DNA of 62,879 nt, the filler included. It is 6 parts of 6 records of this genome, joined end to end, with 100 filler letters (N's around TTAATTAATTAA, not from the genome) between each part and the next. Parts side by side here need not be neighbours in the genome. Positions count along the whole stretch, not along the records: positions 21,457 to 31,485 come from SRR2962707_1881; positions 31,586 to 45,907 come from SRR2962707_1882; 4 more parts are not named here. One strand, written 5' to 3'. The position numbers and the translations under genes are program-made. The notes under the pieces were generated by a model. It worked only from the letters and a program-made list of their open reading frames with translations. It had not been told where the DNA came from and made no database searches. Below, in pieces: positions 22,714-33,913 of this stretch (positions are counted from its first letter, which is position 1; the number at the start of each line of letters is the position of its first letter).

Positions 22714-22741
22714 AATATAGTTTAACGGTAAACTATATCAA
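22714..22741 (-). promoter_or_regulatory. Putative sigma70 promoter of lpdA overlapped by a 24-bp palindrome
   Basis: Minus strand TTGATA-N16-TATATT; palindrome ATATAGTTTA-acgg-TAAACTATAT at 22715-22738. Confidence 0.6.
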
Positions 22742-22784
22742 TCCTCACAGCAACCGCGAGATTACCTCAAACTGCGCAGGTCTC

Positions 22785-23363
22785 TTAGGCGGCTTCAGCC
22801 TCTAATGCGCGCACGGTGCTGCCATACCCGCCATCGTCAATATAGGATTGTTCATGCGTGGTGCTGTGCCTGTCCAGCGCCTCGTTACGGTAGGGAAAGC
22901 GGCCAAAGTCACGGATCACTTTGCGGTGCGCGCGGGCATGCAGCATGTTGGTGGAACTGGCCGGCATCCGCTCGCAAATCAGACGCACACAGCGGTCTTG
23001 GTCCATCAGGTTTTCGGAATGCATCAACGGCAGATAAAAGAACTGACGCGCGGGCGGGTCAATCCGCATATCCCAACCTTTGTGGATTGCCGACTTGGCC
23101 GCTGCCAGCGAAATTGCGTCAGAGGAAAACGCACGCCCCTGCCCGCGGAACATGTTGCGGGGAAACTGATCGGTCAGGATGATATAGGCCAAGGCTCCGG
23201 TCGGATGTGTCAGCCAGAGAGAGAACTTGCCATCGCAGGCGTCTTCCCAGGTGGTTAGAAAGCGGTCCCGGATCTCCTGATCAAAAGCATCATCAACCGC
23301 GTACCACTTTTCCTCTCCGGCATCATCAAGCCAGAATTTCAGTATTTCCTCGGGGCCAATCAC
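22785..23363 (-). CDS. DUF924 family protein
   Basis: ILKFW, IILTDQFPRNMFRG, FFYLPLMHSE, FGRFPYRN. Confidence 0.92.
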   Translation of the reverse strand: MIGPEEILKFWLDDAGEEKWYAVDDAFDQEIRDRFLTTWEDACDGKFSLWLTHPTGALAYIILTDQFPRNMFRGQGRAFSSDAISLAAAKSAIHKGWDMRIDPPARQFFYLPLMHSENLMDQDRCVRLICERMPASSTNMLHARAHRKVIRDFGRFPYRNEALDRHSTTHEQSYIDDGGYGSTVRALEAEAA

Positions 23364-23463
23364 ATCATGTTCCTTTGCCTACCCAATAGATAAATATAGA
23401 TAACGTCGAATATGAAAACTTTGGAACTCAAGTTTTGCAACAAAAACGTCACAAAACCCACGA

Positions 23464-24723
23464 CTAAGCGGCGTTTTCCTCGGCCTGCTCATTTTCGACG
23501 GCGTATTCATGGGCAACTTCGACCGCCAACGCCGTTGTGGCTGGCGAAAACGGGACATACTGGCTGGTCACGTCTGTCGCAATCGACGGACGCACCGTGG
23601 CACGGTAGAACGCATAGATTGCCAAGGCAGCAAAAAGCACTGCGGTAAAGAGATAGAAGCCCCCCGGCCCAAGCGCTGTGCCCATCATCCAACCGGTAAT
23701 GATCGGGCCCATAATTGCCCCTAACCCGTTGATAAACAACATTCCACCTGATGCTGCGGCCATGTCTTCCAGTTCAAGGAAATCGTTCGTGTGGGCGATC
23801 AGCAAGGAATAAAGAGGGTTCGACATGCCCCCCACGACAAAGGCGGATACCAACAAAATAGGGAACATGTGGCCCATCATCATACCCAATATTGAACCGG
23901 CAAAACCAATCGCTGCTGTAATGACAATCAACAAGCGGCGGTCCATCCGGTCGGACATCCAGCCGATGGGATATTGCAGCAGCATGGAGCCGACAAAAAA
24001 CACCGCCACAAAGATCGAAATTTGCGCGACGGTCAGCCCTGCCTCGGCCCCGTAAACGGAGGCCATGCCAAATTGCGCCGAAAAGACGCCACCCAGCAAA
24101 AACATACCCACACAGCCCAAGGGGGACACGGTCATCAGGCTGCTCAGGCTCATGGGTTTGGTGGTGTCAAAGGCCGGTGTGGGGCTGACTGCCAACAAAA
24201 TCGGCGTGACGGCAAGGCTGACCAACACGGATGGAATGACAAACAACACAAACCCCGACGGATCAGCGGTCAGCAGCAAGGCTTGCGCGATCACGATACC
24301 GGCCGTTTGTACGATCATATACAGCGACAGCGCCTGACCGCGGTTTTCATTGGTGGCCGCGTTGTTCAGCCAGCTTTCAGCGGTAACATAGACCACCGAA
24401 AAGCAGAACCCGATCAACACCCGGCCAAGCGACCAGACCACAATATTTGGGAACGTTGGGTACAGGATCATCACAGCAGAAATCAGCGATGCAACAGCAG
24501 CAAATACACGCACATGGCCGACGCGCCGGATCATGCCGGGGGCCATGCGCGATCCGCCCAGGAAACCCGCAAAATAGGCTGACATAACGATGGACATCTG
24601 GAAGGTAGAAAAGTCTTCGATGCCGCCGCGAATACCCAACAGGGTGCCCTGCATGCCGTTGCCGATCATCAGCAAGCACATACCTAACAAAAGCGCCCAT
24701 ACGCTGGTAAAAACCTTAAACAT
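23464..24723 (-). CDS. MFS transporter (YcaD-like)
   Basis: GNGMQGTLLG, RRVGHVRVFAA, AESWLN, LQYPIGWMSDRMDRR. Confidence 0.92.
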   Translation of the reverse strand: MFKVFTSVWALLLGMCLLMIGNGMQGTLLGIRGGIEDFSTFQMSIVMSAYFAGFLGGSRMAPGMIRRVGHVRVFAAVASLISAVMILYPTFPNIVVWSLGRVLIGFCFSVVYVTAESWLNNAATNENRGQALSLYMIVQTAGIVIAQALLLTADPSGFVLFVIPSVLVSLAVTPILLAVSPTPAFDTTKPMSLSSLMTVSPLGCVGMFLLGGVFSAQFGMASVYGAEAGLTVAQISIFVAVFFVGSMLLQYPIGWMSDRMDRRLLIVITAAIGFAGSILGMMMGHMFPILLVSAFVVGGMSNPLYSLLIAHTNDFLELEDMAAASGGMLFINGLGAIMGPIITGWMMGTALGPGGFYLFTAVLFAALAIYAFYRATVRPSIATDVTSQYVPFSPATTALAVEVAHEYAVENEQAEENAA

Positions 24724-24796
24724 CCGCCGAATCCTATTGCAAGCTTCGCCCCTCCCTGACGGGGTTCAGCGCATAAGTCATCCCTTTGAACGACAC

Positions 24797-25861
24797 TCAG
24801 GCGGTTTTTTGCGCCTTAGGCAAAAGCAATGACGCATCACCGTAGGAAAAGAACCGATAATTCGATTCAATCGCATGGGTATAGAGGGTCTTTATCGCGT
24901 CTTGGCCCATCAGCGCGGCAACCAGCATCATCAGGGTTGATTTGGGCAGGTGGAAGTTCGTCATCAGCGCATCGGCGACGTTGAATTCAAAACCCGGCGT
25001 GATGAAGATATCGGTGTCGCCTTCCCACGGCTGGATTGCCCCGCTGCGTCCAGCTGTTTCAATCAGGCGCAGGGCCGTGGTGCCGACGGGAATAATGCGC
25101 CCGCCAGCGGCTTTAGTTTCAGTGATTTCGGACGCCGCTTGGGCGCTGACCTGCCCCCATTCGCTGTGCATCTTATGCTCTGATATATCGTCTACCTTGA
25201 CCGGCAGGAACGTACCCGCGCCAACGTGCAAGGTGACATGGGTGAACGCCACCCCGATCTGCGCCAATTGCGCTAGCAGCGCCTCGTCAAAGTGCAGCGA
25301 TGCTGTGGGGGCTGCAACGGCCCCTTTGTTGCGGGCGAAAACCGTCTGATAGTCAGTCATGTCTTGGGCGTCGGCGGGGCGTTTGGCGGCAATATAGGGC
25401 GGCAAGGGCATGGCACCCGCCGCATTCAACGCCCGGTCAAAATCATCCCCTGCGCAGTTAAAACGCAAATGCCCCTGACCATCTTCCACAGCCTCAAGGG
25501 TCGCACGCAGATCATCGCTGAACACGACTTCTTCGCCGATCTTAAGCTTTTTCAACGGCTTGATCAGCGCCGCCCATGTCCCGTCCGCGCGGGGTTCCAG
25601 CAATGTGACCTCGATCCGGGCCTGCACCGGCCCTTGGGCGCTGTCGCGGTGACGCTGGCCGTTTAGGCGCGCGGGAATAACGCGGGTGTCGTTCAACACC
25701 AGCCTGTCGCCTGCGCGCAGCCAGTCGGGCAGATCGCTTACCCTTTTGTCGTGCAGCACAGGGCCATCGGCCACCAGTAAACGTGCCGAGGTACGCGGCA
25801 CCGCCGGACGTGTGGCGATCAGTCGATCGGGCAGATCAAAATCAAAATCACTTAGTTTCAT
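24797..25861 (-). CDS. queA: S-adenosylmethionine:tRNA ribosyltransferase-isomerase
   Basis: [46 protein letters not shown]. Confidence 0.98.
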   Translation of the reverse strand: MKLSDFDFDLPDRLIATRPAVPRTSARLLVADGPVLHDKRVSDLPDWLRAGDRLVLNDTRVIPARLNGQRHRDSAQGPVQARIEVTLLEPRADGTWAALIKPLKKLKIGEEVVFSDDLRATLEAVEDGQGHLRFNCAGDDFDRALNAAGAMPLPPYIAAKRPADAQDMTDYQTVFARNKGAVAAPTASLHFDEALLAQLAQIGVAFTHVTLHVGAGTFLPVKVDDISEHKMHSEWGQVSAQAASEITETKAAGGRIIPVGTTALRLIETAGRSGAIQPWEGDTDIFITPGFEFNVADALMTNFHLPKSTLMMLVAALMGQDAIKTLYTHAIESNYRFFSYGDASLLLPKAQKTA

Positions 25862-25870
25862 GACTGCCGC

Positions 25871-28800
25871 TTACCGCCCCTGATACGGTGTCACAACCGG
25901 TTTTTGCGGCGCGGCGGGCACGGGCGTTGCTGTCTCACCCTCAACCGGCGGCAACGCCGGGGCGGGCGCACGCAGGATATCACGAAGAAATCCAGGTGCT
26001 AGCGCGGACAGCGGATTGACGGACACATCAGGGTTTTCCGCAGTGCCGCCCAAACTGTAGTTAAAGCCGAGCAGCCCCTCGCCTTTGCGGGTCAGGAAAC
26101 TGCCAAGACCGTTCAGCAGATATACCGGAGAAATCACGCCCTGCAGCGCCATGCGGCCCGTGTCGGTGGCAAACACCCCGTCCATCGAGATGCCCAGCGA
26201 CGCGCCGGTGGCGCTTGCTTCGGTCAGGGTCACGCGGTTGGGGGTCATGCGAAAATCAGCCTCGACCGTATCGAAATAGATGCCGTCGCCGTTCAGCTCG
26301 TTCACGAGGCCAACCACCGACACGGCATTGACCAACGCAGCAATGGCCGGGGCGTCTTGGATTGTCACATCGGTTATCTGCGCGCGCCCGTCAAAGGCAC
26401 CGCCCGTTCCCACAGGCATCAACGTCAGCGTCAGATTCCCGCCACGCACTTGCTTAACCATATTCGCAGACCGCAGCACCCCGCCCGCATCCGCCGAGAT
26501 CAGCTGGATCGCGCTGCGGCCGTTTTTCGGGGCGACCCGCCCGGACACCGGCGTGCCGCCGTTCAGATTGGCCTCGAACCGGCCATCAAGACCCCACGCC
26601 ATGTCGAACTGGCCGCGCATATTGGTCAGGGAAATCTTGTCGGTGACCTGAAGCCGGTCCAGCTGCAACAACATCGGTGGGCCTTTGACGCCGCTGGGTT
26701 TTGATGTGCCAAATTCGGCGCGGCGCAGATCAAGACGGCCACCGCGCACCACAACCTGCACAGGCTTGCCCGCGCCCTGCCCCACCAGATCGACAGGGAT
26801 ATCCAGCCAGTTTCCGACGGTCAGCGTGTCAAACCGGGCACGATCTAGCCCGCCCGTATTGGCCAGTTTCACCGATCCCTTGGCCGTCAGCCCTGCGACT
26901 TTCGCCTCGATCAGATCAATCTGTGGCACAGTGCCCAGCTTGCCCGACACCTCGAGCGCCCCTTTGGTGCCAGCGGGTTTTGTCCAGCCAAGTTGCGGCA
27001 CGTTCAGACGCAGCCCTTGCAAATCAGAGGTGACCGAGAACGAAGGGGTGCGCCCCTTGGGCAGATCCAGCGCGAACCAAGCGCGCCCGCTGCCCGATAC
27101 AGTGCCGGGCGGCAGTTGGATGTTGAATTGGTCAAGGGTGTTCTGGCTCAGCACGATATCGGCCCGTACCTCGCTTGTCGCGTCAGGGCGGCCCAGCGGT
27201 TGTGACCAGCCGCCATCGAATGCCACCCCGTCAACATCGCCCTCCCCCTTGATCGTGATATTTGCGTTCGAGGCCACCAGTGACAGCTTATCCGCCGACA
27301 GCCTGTGCCCCTTGACCAGAATATCGCTTTTCAGGTCCCGCAGATCACCGCTGATGTCGAAAATAGTCAGCTTCGGGTCCGACCCTTTTTTGATAGGAAA
27401 GGATAACGTGCCCGACAGATCAGCCATCCCTTGGGCCAGCGCCACGGGCAGGTTTGCCTTGTCCATCGCGTTCAACGGCGGCAGGTTCAGCAAGGCCAGC
27501 ACCGCCTCAACCGGGGCGCTGCTGTTTAGCCTGACGATCCCCGGTGGGGTGTCTTTGATCCTGACATCGGGCATAATAAACGACGAACCACGGATCATCA
27601 CATCGCCGCCTTGGGGGGCCGTGATCCGGCCCGTATCGACCGATGCAACAAAGCGGTTTTTCAGCAGGCTGGCGTGCCCGTTTGCGTTTTTCAGATGCGG
27701 CATGCTGCGCAAAAAACGCGCCTCGGTGTCGTTGAAATCAAACGCAAGATAGACGTCCGGCGGCGCGTCCGGCCCTAGGCGAAATGCGACATCCACATCC
27801 GTAAGCGTGCCCGCATATATGTTTTCAGCCACCCATTTGCGGGTTTTAGGTTTTACGTTCTCGGGCCACAGCTCGAGCACACGTTCGGGCAAAATTTCGT
27901 TCAACCCAGCATCCAGCGCCACCTGCCAACCGTCCGGTCCGGCATCCAGCGCGCCACTGACATTCAGCGTTGTATCAGCATCATGAATATCCATCCGGCC
28001 GACCGTCACACTGAACGGGTTCAGCTTGATCTGCACATCCAGATCAGCCCCTTCGATGGTAATGGGCGCAGCGTACAGATCCGCAGGGTTCGCCACCAGT
28101 TCGCGCATCCGGATTTGCGCGGTCAGATCGCTTAGCTTGCCGTCCTCCAGCCCGCCGATTGTCGCGTCGCCCTCGATCCGGCCCGATACCCACTGGCTTG
28201 AGACCGACAGCTCGTCAAATTGCAGCAGTTGTTGATCGGGGTGATAGCTGAAATAGCTGCGGACCCCATCAAAAGGGATCGGCTTGGCCGTGGCGTTCGG
28301 CTGCACCACGCCGCTGCCGATTTGCAAAGACGCATTGAGCGGCTCAAAGCTGCCGTCGCCGTCAATGCTGCTGCGTACTGACCCCGATATCGGCGCGCGC
28401 AACACCTTTAGCCACGCAAACGCAGGGCTTTGCACCGCGATGTCGCCGGCGTCCACGCCATCAAACGTCACGCCGAACTGCGCGGCGGTGTCGCCCAAGG
28501 TGCTGGTATAGTTCGCGGCCAAGGTGGCCACGTTCGCCCCGCCGCCCAACACCGCAAGATCAGCCGAGATGCGCAGGGTGTCGCCGTCACGGTTCAAGCG
28601 CAACCGCCCGCCATCCGCCGTCCAGACGCGCGCCGACTGCAAATCGGAATAGCTCAGCGTCAGCGCACGGACATCCACCGACCGCAACCGCGACAACGCT
28701 GGCAGTTGTAGCAGTTGATCCAGTTGACCGATCAGTTGCGGCATTGTGGCGGCGCGCCGCTCGGCGGGGGCGGTTGCGGTGCTGGCGCGCAGGGCAACGC

Positions 28801-29224
28801 GGCCATCAAGGTCACGCCGCAAATCCGCAACGATCCCCGACAGTGCTAGATCGCGCAGCTTGATCTGACCTTGCAACAGACTGCGGGTTGAAAAACTGGC
28901 ACGGACCTCGCGAAAGGCCGCAAGCTCGGCCCCCTCCGAGGTCGATATCGACACGTCTTGCAACCGGATACGTGGCCGCCAGCCGTCGTCGACGATCAGC
29001 ACCATTTCGCCGAACTCGACCCGAGTGGTCGGCAAATCTTGCGCCATCCGTGCCTCGATCCGGGATTCGATCCAGTTGGGTACGACAATGGGGTTGCGGA
29101 TCAAATAAAGCGCAGCGCCAACCACCGCCGCCACGCAGAGCACGATGAACAGCAACGACCATTTGGTCGCCTGCCACAGACGTTTTGATTTTTTTACCGG
29201 GGTGCCGGCGGTTTCGTCTGACAT
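25871..29224 (-). CDS. YhdP/AsmA-like (DUF3971) envelope protein
   Basis: N-terminal TM anchor, 1117 aa beta-rich body, C-terminal VSVNPLSALAPGFLRDI. Confidence 0.85.
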   Translation of the reverse strand: MSDETAGTPVKKSKRLWQATKWSLLFIVLCVAAVVGAALYLIRNPIVVPNWIESRIEARMAQDLPTTRVEFGEMVLIVDDGWRPRIRLQDVSISTSEGAELAAFREVRASFSTRSLLQGQIKLRDLALSGIVADLRRDLDGRVALRASTATAPAERRAATMPQLIGQLDQLLQLPALSRLRSVDVRALTLSYSDLQSARVWTADGGRLRLNRDGDTLRISADLAVLGGGANVATLAANYTSTLGDTAAQFGVTFDGVDAGDIAVQSPAFAWLKVLRAPISGSVRSSIDGDGSFEPLNASLQIGSGVVQPNATAKPIPFDGVRSYFSYHPDQQLLQFDELSVSSQWVSGRIEGDATIGGLEDGKLSDLTAQIRMRELVANPADLYAAPITIEGADLDVQIKLNPFSVTVGRMDIHDADTTLNVSGALDAGPDGWQVALDAGLNEILPERVLELWPENVKPKTRKWVAENIYAGTLTDVDVAFRLGPDAPPDVYLAFDFNDTEARFLRSMPHLKNANGHASLLKNRFVASVDTGRITAPQGGDVMIRGSSFIMPDVRIKDTPPGIVRLNSSAPVEAVLALLNLPPLNAMDKANLPVALAQGMADLSGTLSFPIKKGSDPKLTIFDISGDLRDLKSDILVKGHRLSADKLSLVASNANITIKGEGDVDGVAFDGGWSQPLGRPDATSEVRADIVLSQNTLDQFNIQLPPGTVSGSGRAWFALDLPKGRTPSFSVTSDLQGLRLNVPQLGWTKPAGTKGALEVSGKLGTVPQIDLIEAKVAGLTAKGSVKLANTGGLDRARFDTLTVGNWLDIPVDLVGQGAGKPVQVVVRGGRLDLRRAEFGTSKPSGVKGPPMLLQLDRLQVTDKISLTNMRGQFDMAWGLDGRFEANLNGGTPVSGRVAPKNGRSAIQLISADAGGVLRSANMVKQVRGGNLTLTLMPVGTGGAFDGRAQITDVTIQDAPAIAALVNAVSVVGLVNELNGDGIYFDTVEADFRMTPNRVTLTEASATGASLGISMDGVFATDTGRMALQGVISPVYLLNGLGSFLTRKGEGLLGFNYSLGGTAENPDVSVNPLSALAPGFLRDILRAPAPALPPVEGETATPVPAAPQKPVVTPYQGR

Positions 29225-29321
29225 GATCGTCCGTTTTCAAGGCACAGGGGCTTTAAGTTCCGCCGTGCTGTTCTACTATGCCACTCTAAGATAAGCCTTC
29301 CAATACAATAGAAAGTGCCCC

Positions 29322-29783
29322 ATGCCAGAAATTTCCCAACCGGCCCCCGATTTTACAGCCCCCGTGACCGGCGGCGGCACCGTGAGCCTGTCAGGCCTGC
29401 GCGGCAAATCCGTTGTTTTGTATTTCTACCCCCGCGATGACACCCCCGGCTGCACAAAAGAGGCAATCGGCTTTTCCGAGCATCTGCAGACGTTCAAGGA
29501 CGCCGGTGCCCAGGTGTACGGCGTATCCCGCGATACGATGGCAAAGCACGATAAATTCACTGCCAAGCACGAATTGACTGTGCCATTGCTGGCGGATGAA
29601 GACGGCAGCCTGACCGAAAGCTATGGCGTCTGGGTTGAAAAGAACATGTACGGCAAGAAATCCATGGGCATTGAGCGCGCGACGTTTTTGATTGATGCCG
29701 AAGGGAATATCGCGCGGATCTGGCGCAAGGTCAAAGTCCCCGGCCACGTCGAAGAGGTGCTGGAAGCGGTGCAAGCGCTATGA
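29322..29783 (+). CDS. bcp: Peroxiredoxin Bcp
   Basis: VLYFYPRDDTPGCTKEA, GIERATFLID. Confidence 0.93.
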   Translation: MPEISQPAPDFTAPVTGGGTVSLSGLRGKSVVLYFYPRDDTPGCTKEAIGFSEHLQTFKDAGAQVYGVSRDTMAKHDKFTAKHELTVPLLADEDGSLTESYGVWVEKNMYGKKSMGIERATFLIDAEGNIARIWRKVKVPGHVEEVLEAVQAL

Positions 29784-30589
29784 TGCCGCTGGCGCAAATG
29801 GCCGAAGCGGTGCTGCGCACGGCTGATGGCCGCGAAAAAACCGCGCTATCGCATGGGTTTGCTGCCGAATGGCGGGCCGCCCGAGACGCAGGCGAAACGC
29901 CAGAAATCGGCACCGCCACCCCGCCGATGCAGCCCGCACGGCCCGCAAAACCCGAACTGCTGTCACCGCGTGATGTGCCGCACCGCAAGCCCGGATCGCC
30001 CGAGGGGCGCATCGCCTTGTTGCATGCTGTGGCCCATATCGAATTGAACGCCGTGGACCTGCACTGGGACATTATCGCGCGGTTCACCGACATCAAAATG
30101 CCCATCGGGTTTTATGATGACTGGGTCAAAGCCGCCGATGAAGAATCCAAACATTTCAACCTGATGTGTGATTGTCTTGAGGCATTGGGCAGCCATTACG
30201 GTGCCCTGCCCGCCCATGCCGGCATGTGGCGCGCAGCCGAGGATACGGCGGATGATTTCATGGGCCGTCTGGCGGTCGTTCCCATGGTGCTTGAGGCGCG
30301 CGGCCTGGATGTGACGCCCAACATGATCAAGATATTCAAACAGGCCAAAGCCACCCAAGCCGTTGAAGCGCTTGAGACAATCTATGCCGAGGAAGTCGCG
30401 CATGTGGCCTATGGGTCGAAATGGTTCCACTTTCTGTGCGGGCGGCACGAAATGGACCCGAAAGATGCGTTTCACGGCCTTGTGCGCAAGTATTTCCACG
30501 GGGTGCTCAAGCCGCCCTTTAACGAAGAAAAGCGCGCCGATGCCGGTATTCCGCCGGATTTCTACTGGCCATTAACCGAAACTGCGTGA
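29780..30589 (+). CDS. Ferritin-like DUF455 protein
   Basis: LLHAVAHIELNAVDL, EESKHF, VLEARGLDVTP, EEVAHV; ATGA overlap with bcp. Confidence 0.9.
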   Translation: MMPLAQMAEAVLRTADGREKTALSHGFAAEWRAARDAGETPEIGTATPPMQPARPAKPELLSPRDVPHRKPGSPEGRIALLHAVAHIELNAVDLHWDIIARFTDIKMPIGFYDDWVKAADEESKHFNLMCDCLEALGSHYGALPAHAGMWRAAEDTADDFMGRLAVVPMVLEARGLDVTPNMIKIFKQAKATQAVEALETIYAEEVAHVAYGSKWFHFLCGRHEMDPKDAFHGLVRKYFHGVLKPPFNEEKRADAGIPPDFYWPLTETA

Positions 30590-30785
30590 ATAGGATCTAA
30601 TAAGTTGTTGAATAGGCGGTTTTTTGCCAACACTTTTGGTAAACCATTCAAAAACCGCCCATCCAAGGGCAACAGGCTTGCCCGCCCCGATGCCCTTGGC
30701 TAAGCAGTTCGAATGTGAACGGCACCGTGATCGCAAGACAAGAGCGCCGACGCATAACATGGAGACGATCAAGGGATAGCGGAAC

Positions 30786-31485
30786 GTGCGTACGAGGTTG
30801 GCGATTAAGATCCATTCGGTGTTGGAACGATACTTTCCAGAACGCCGCGTTTTTTTGAAATCAGATTCCGATACGCGTTTTATCCGCCTTAGACCTGCCA
30901 CCCAACTCTTTGCTTTTGCGGGCTGTTCTGCCCTTGTGGCCTGGGCGATTATCGCGACTGCGATCTTGCTGATGGACAGCATCGGGTCTGGCAATTTCCG
31001 CGAACAAGCCAAACGTGACCAAAGCACATATCAGGCCCGCCTGTCCGATCTGTCCGCGCAGCGCAATGGCCGCGCCGAGGAAGCGGCCGCCGCGCAAGAA
31101 CGCTTTAACGCGGCGCTGAAACAAATCTCGATCATGCAATCTGAATTGCTGTCATCCGAAACACACCGCCGCGAACTGGAAACCGGGATCGAAGTGATCC
31201 AGTCGACCCTGCGCGACACCATGAAAGAACGCGAAGCCGCCCGTGTTAAGCTGGCCGCCATCGAAGGCAACGCAGCAAAAACCGGTACTGCAAATGCGCA
31301 AACGGCGGCGTCTTCTGCCCCGATCAGTATTTTGGCGGATGCCCTTGCCCGCACCGCGCAAGAACGTGATCAGGTTGTGATCGACGCCCAAGACGCGCTG
31401 CTTCAGGCCGAAGAGCTGACGCAGGAACTGGCGTTGATGCGTGATCAGAACGATGCCATTTTCCGCCAGCTCGAAGAGGCGATGA
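30786..31485 (+). CDS. N-terminal part of an M23-peptidase-type coiled-coil protein (DUF5930-like), truncated
   Basis: FPERRVFLKSDSDTRFIRLRP, then a TM segment and long coiled coil; typical position after bcp-DUF455. The catalytic domain is not visible. Confidence 0.65.
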
Positions 31486-31585
31486 NNNNNNNNNNNNNNN
31501 NNNNNNNNNNNNNNNNNNNNNNNNNNNNNTTAATTAATTAANNNNNNNNNNNNNNNNNNNNNNNNNNNNNNNNNNNNNNNNNNNN
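31486..31585. other. Artificial contig spacer
   Basis: N44-TTAATTAATTAA-N44. Confidence 0.99.
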
Positions 31586-32159
31586 GGTGTTCTATTCGAT
31601 CTCCAACTGCCAGGCCGGTTTGCGCGGTGTTTCGTTCGGCAATTCGCTGATCAAACAGGTCGTCGAGGATCTGCAGGCTGAGGTGAAATCGATCTCCACC
31701 TTCGTCACCCTGTCGCCAATTCCCGGATTTTGTCGCTGGCTGCAGCACCAGGTTGCCGACCAGCCGGAAGCCTCTGTCGCAGCGCGGGATCTCGAACTCG
31801 CTATGGAGATGGGAGACCTGGGCAAACTGAGCGAGCAATCACAGTGGCTGCGCCGTCAGGCGGCCAGTTACCTGATCGACCAGAAGGCCGCCAACGGCAT
31901 GCCGCTCGACCCCGTGGCGCGCTTCCATCTCAACAATGGCGCAATGGTTCATGATGTCCACGCCGGTGCCGACCTGTCCTCCAACGGTGTGCGGCAATCC
32001 TGTGGCCTGATGGTCAACTATCTCTATGATCTCAAGAAAATTGGTCAGTTCCACGAGAAATTCGCCGAAGACCACACGGTATTTGCATCCAAGGAAGTCA
32101 AGACGCTGGCCGATGCCGCGGCCACACACAGCAATGGCAGGAAAATGAAAAATGGCTGA
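31586..32159 (+). CDS. matA: Malonyl-CoA decarboxylase, 5'-truncated
   Basis: FYSISNCQAGLRGVSFGNSLIKQVV, FVTLSPIPGF, DPVARFHLNNGA, GLMVNYLY. Confidence 0.93.
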
Positions 32160-33699
32160 TAACTATCTCTTTGACGGACTGCTTGCCGACAAGCTGGGCA
32201 CTCCCGAAGGCCGCAATGCAGTGTTCGCGACGCTGCCCGAAGACGGTCGTCGCTACTCCTATGGTGATGTCGAGGATGTCTCTGGCCGGTTCGCCAATGT
32301 GCTCGTGGACCTGGGCGTCAAACCTGGTGATCGCGTCGCTGTGCAGGTGCCCAAATCCATCGAAGCCGTCATGCTTTATCTTGCTGTTGTCCGCGCCGGT
32401 GCTGTCTTCCTGCCGCTCAACACCGGCTACACGCCGGCAGAGATCGAGTATTTTCTCGACGATGCCACACCGCGTATTTTTGTCTGCGACCCGAAAAAAC
32501 GCGCTGATTACGAAGCCCTGACAACCAGTCTCGGCATCGGGCTTGAAACCATGGGTGTGTGGCAGAACCACGAAACCAGCGCCGGATCACTCAACGATGC
32601 AGGCCTTTCAGCCCCCACGGCGTTCGACACCGTTGCCCGCGAAGCCGGTGATCTGGCCGCCATTCTCTACACCTCGGGCACCACCGGGCGCTCGAAAGGC
32701 GCGATGCTGAGCCACGCCAATCTGCTCTCCAATGCCGAGACACTGGTCGACATCTGGCGCTTCACCAAGGACGATGTCCTGCTCCACGCACTGCCGATCT
32801 TTCACACCCACGGCCTGTTTGTTGCCACCAATGTTGCGCTGAGCGCAGGTGCGTCGCTGATCTTCCTGCCAGCCTTTAGCGCCGAGACGATCATCGCCAA
32901 TATTCCTCGCGCCACTGCGCTGATGGGTGTGCCGACTTTCTACACACGATTGCTTGATGATCCGGCCTTCACCGGTGATCTGGTCAAGCACATGCGGCTG
33001 TTCGTTTCCGGCAGCGCCCCGCTGCTGGCTGAAACCCATGTTCAGTTCGAAGAGCGCACCGGCCACCGCATTCTCGAGCGCTACGGCATGACCGAAACCA
33101 ACATGAACACCTCCAACCCCTATGACGGCGAGCGCCGCGCCGGCACCGTCGGCTTCCCGCTGCCCGGCGTCGATCTGCGCATCGTTGATGCCGAAACCGG
33201 CAAGACCCTGCCGCAGGGCGAGATCGGCATCATCGAGGTCAAGGGACCAAACGTTTTTGCCGGCTATTGGCAGATGCCGGAAAAGACCAAGGAAGAATTC
33301 CGCGATGACGGCTTCTTCATCACCGGCGATGTCGGCGTCATCGATGCTGACGGCTATGTCCAGATCGTCGGCCGTTCCAAGGATCTGATCATTTCCGGCG
33401 GCTACAACATCTATCCCAAGGAACTCGAGCTGCTGCTCGACGAAGAGGACGGCGTGCTCGAATCCGCCGTCATCGGCGTGCCCCACGCTGACTTCGGTGA
33501 AGGTGTCGTCGCCGTGCTGGTGCCCAAGCCGGGTGCAAACCTTAACGAGGCAACGATCCTCGACAGCATCAAGCCCAAGATCGCCCGCTTCAAACAGCCC
33601 AAGCGCATCGTCGTGCTGGCAGAACTGCCGCGCAACACCATGGGCAAGGTTCAGAAGAACGTACTGCGCGACGCCTACAAGACATTGCTTGAAGCCTGA
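32152..33699 (+). CDS. matB: Malonyl-CoA synthetase
   Basis: YTSGTTGRSKGAMLSH, HALPIFHTHGLFVA, ERYGMTET, PRNTMGKVQK. Confidence 0.93.
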   Translation: MADNYLFDGLLADKLGTPEGRNAVFATLPEDGRRYSYGDVEDVSGRFANVLVDLGVKPGDRVAVQVPKSIEAVMLYLAVVRAGAVFLPLNTGYTPAEIEYFLDDATPRIFVCDPKKRADYEALTTSLGIGLETMGVWQNHETSAGSLNDAGLSAPTAFDTVAREAGDLAAILYTSGTTGRSKGAMLSHANLLSNAETLVDIWRFTKDDVLLHALPIFHTHGLFVATNVALSAGASLIFLPAFSAETIIANIPRATALMGVPTFYTRLLDDPAFTGDLVKHMRLFVSGSAPLLAETHVQFEERTGHRILERYGMTETNMNTSNPYDGERRAGTVGFPLPGVDLRIVDAETGKTLPQGEIGIIEVKGPNVFAGYWQMPEKTKEEFRDDGFFITGDVGVIDADGYVQIVGRSKDLIISGGYNIYPKELELLLDEEDGVLESAVIGVPHADFGEGVVAVLVPKPGANLNEATILDSIKPKIARFKQPKRIVVLAELPRNTMGKVQKNVLRDAYKTLLEA

Positions 33700-33720
33700 A
33701 GCCTGAAGCCGGACCAAAGC

Positions 33721-33762
33721 ACTGTGCCACCGCGCATGCAGTTGGCTGCGCGGTGGCACAGT
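33721..33762 (+). terminator. Strong hairpin downstream of matB
   Basis: Perfect 16-bp stem ACTGTGCCACCGCGCA / TGCGCGGTGGCACAGT with a 10-nt loop; no U-tract. Confidence 0.5.
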
Positions 33763-33913
33763 CGTGCCTGGGCAGTAAATATTTAAGCATCAGTGCGTTA
33801 TCATGGCTCAATCGAACGATGTTGAACGCCTGGCTTGCCGCCTCCAGGCTGGCGTGGAGCTGCAGGACGATTGGTTTGCGCCAATTCAATCCGGCTCTTA
33901 ACCGGAAGAACGG

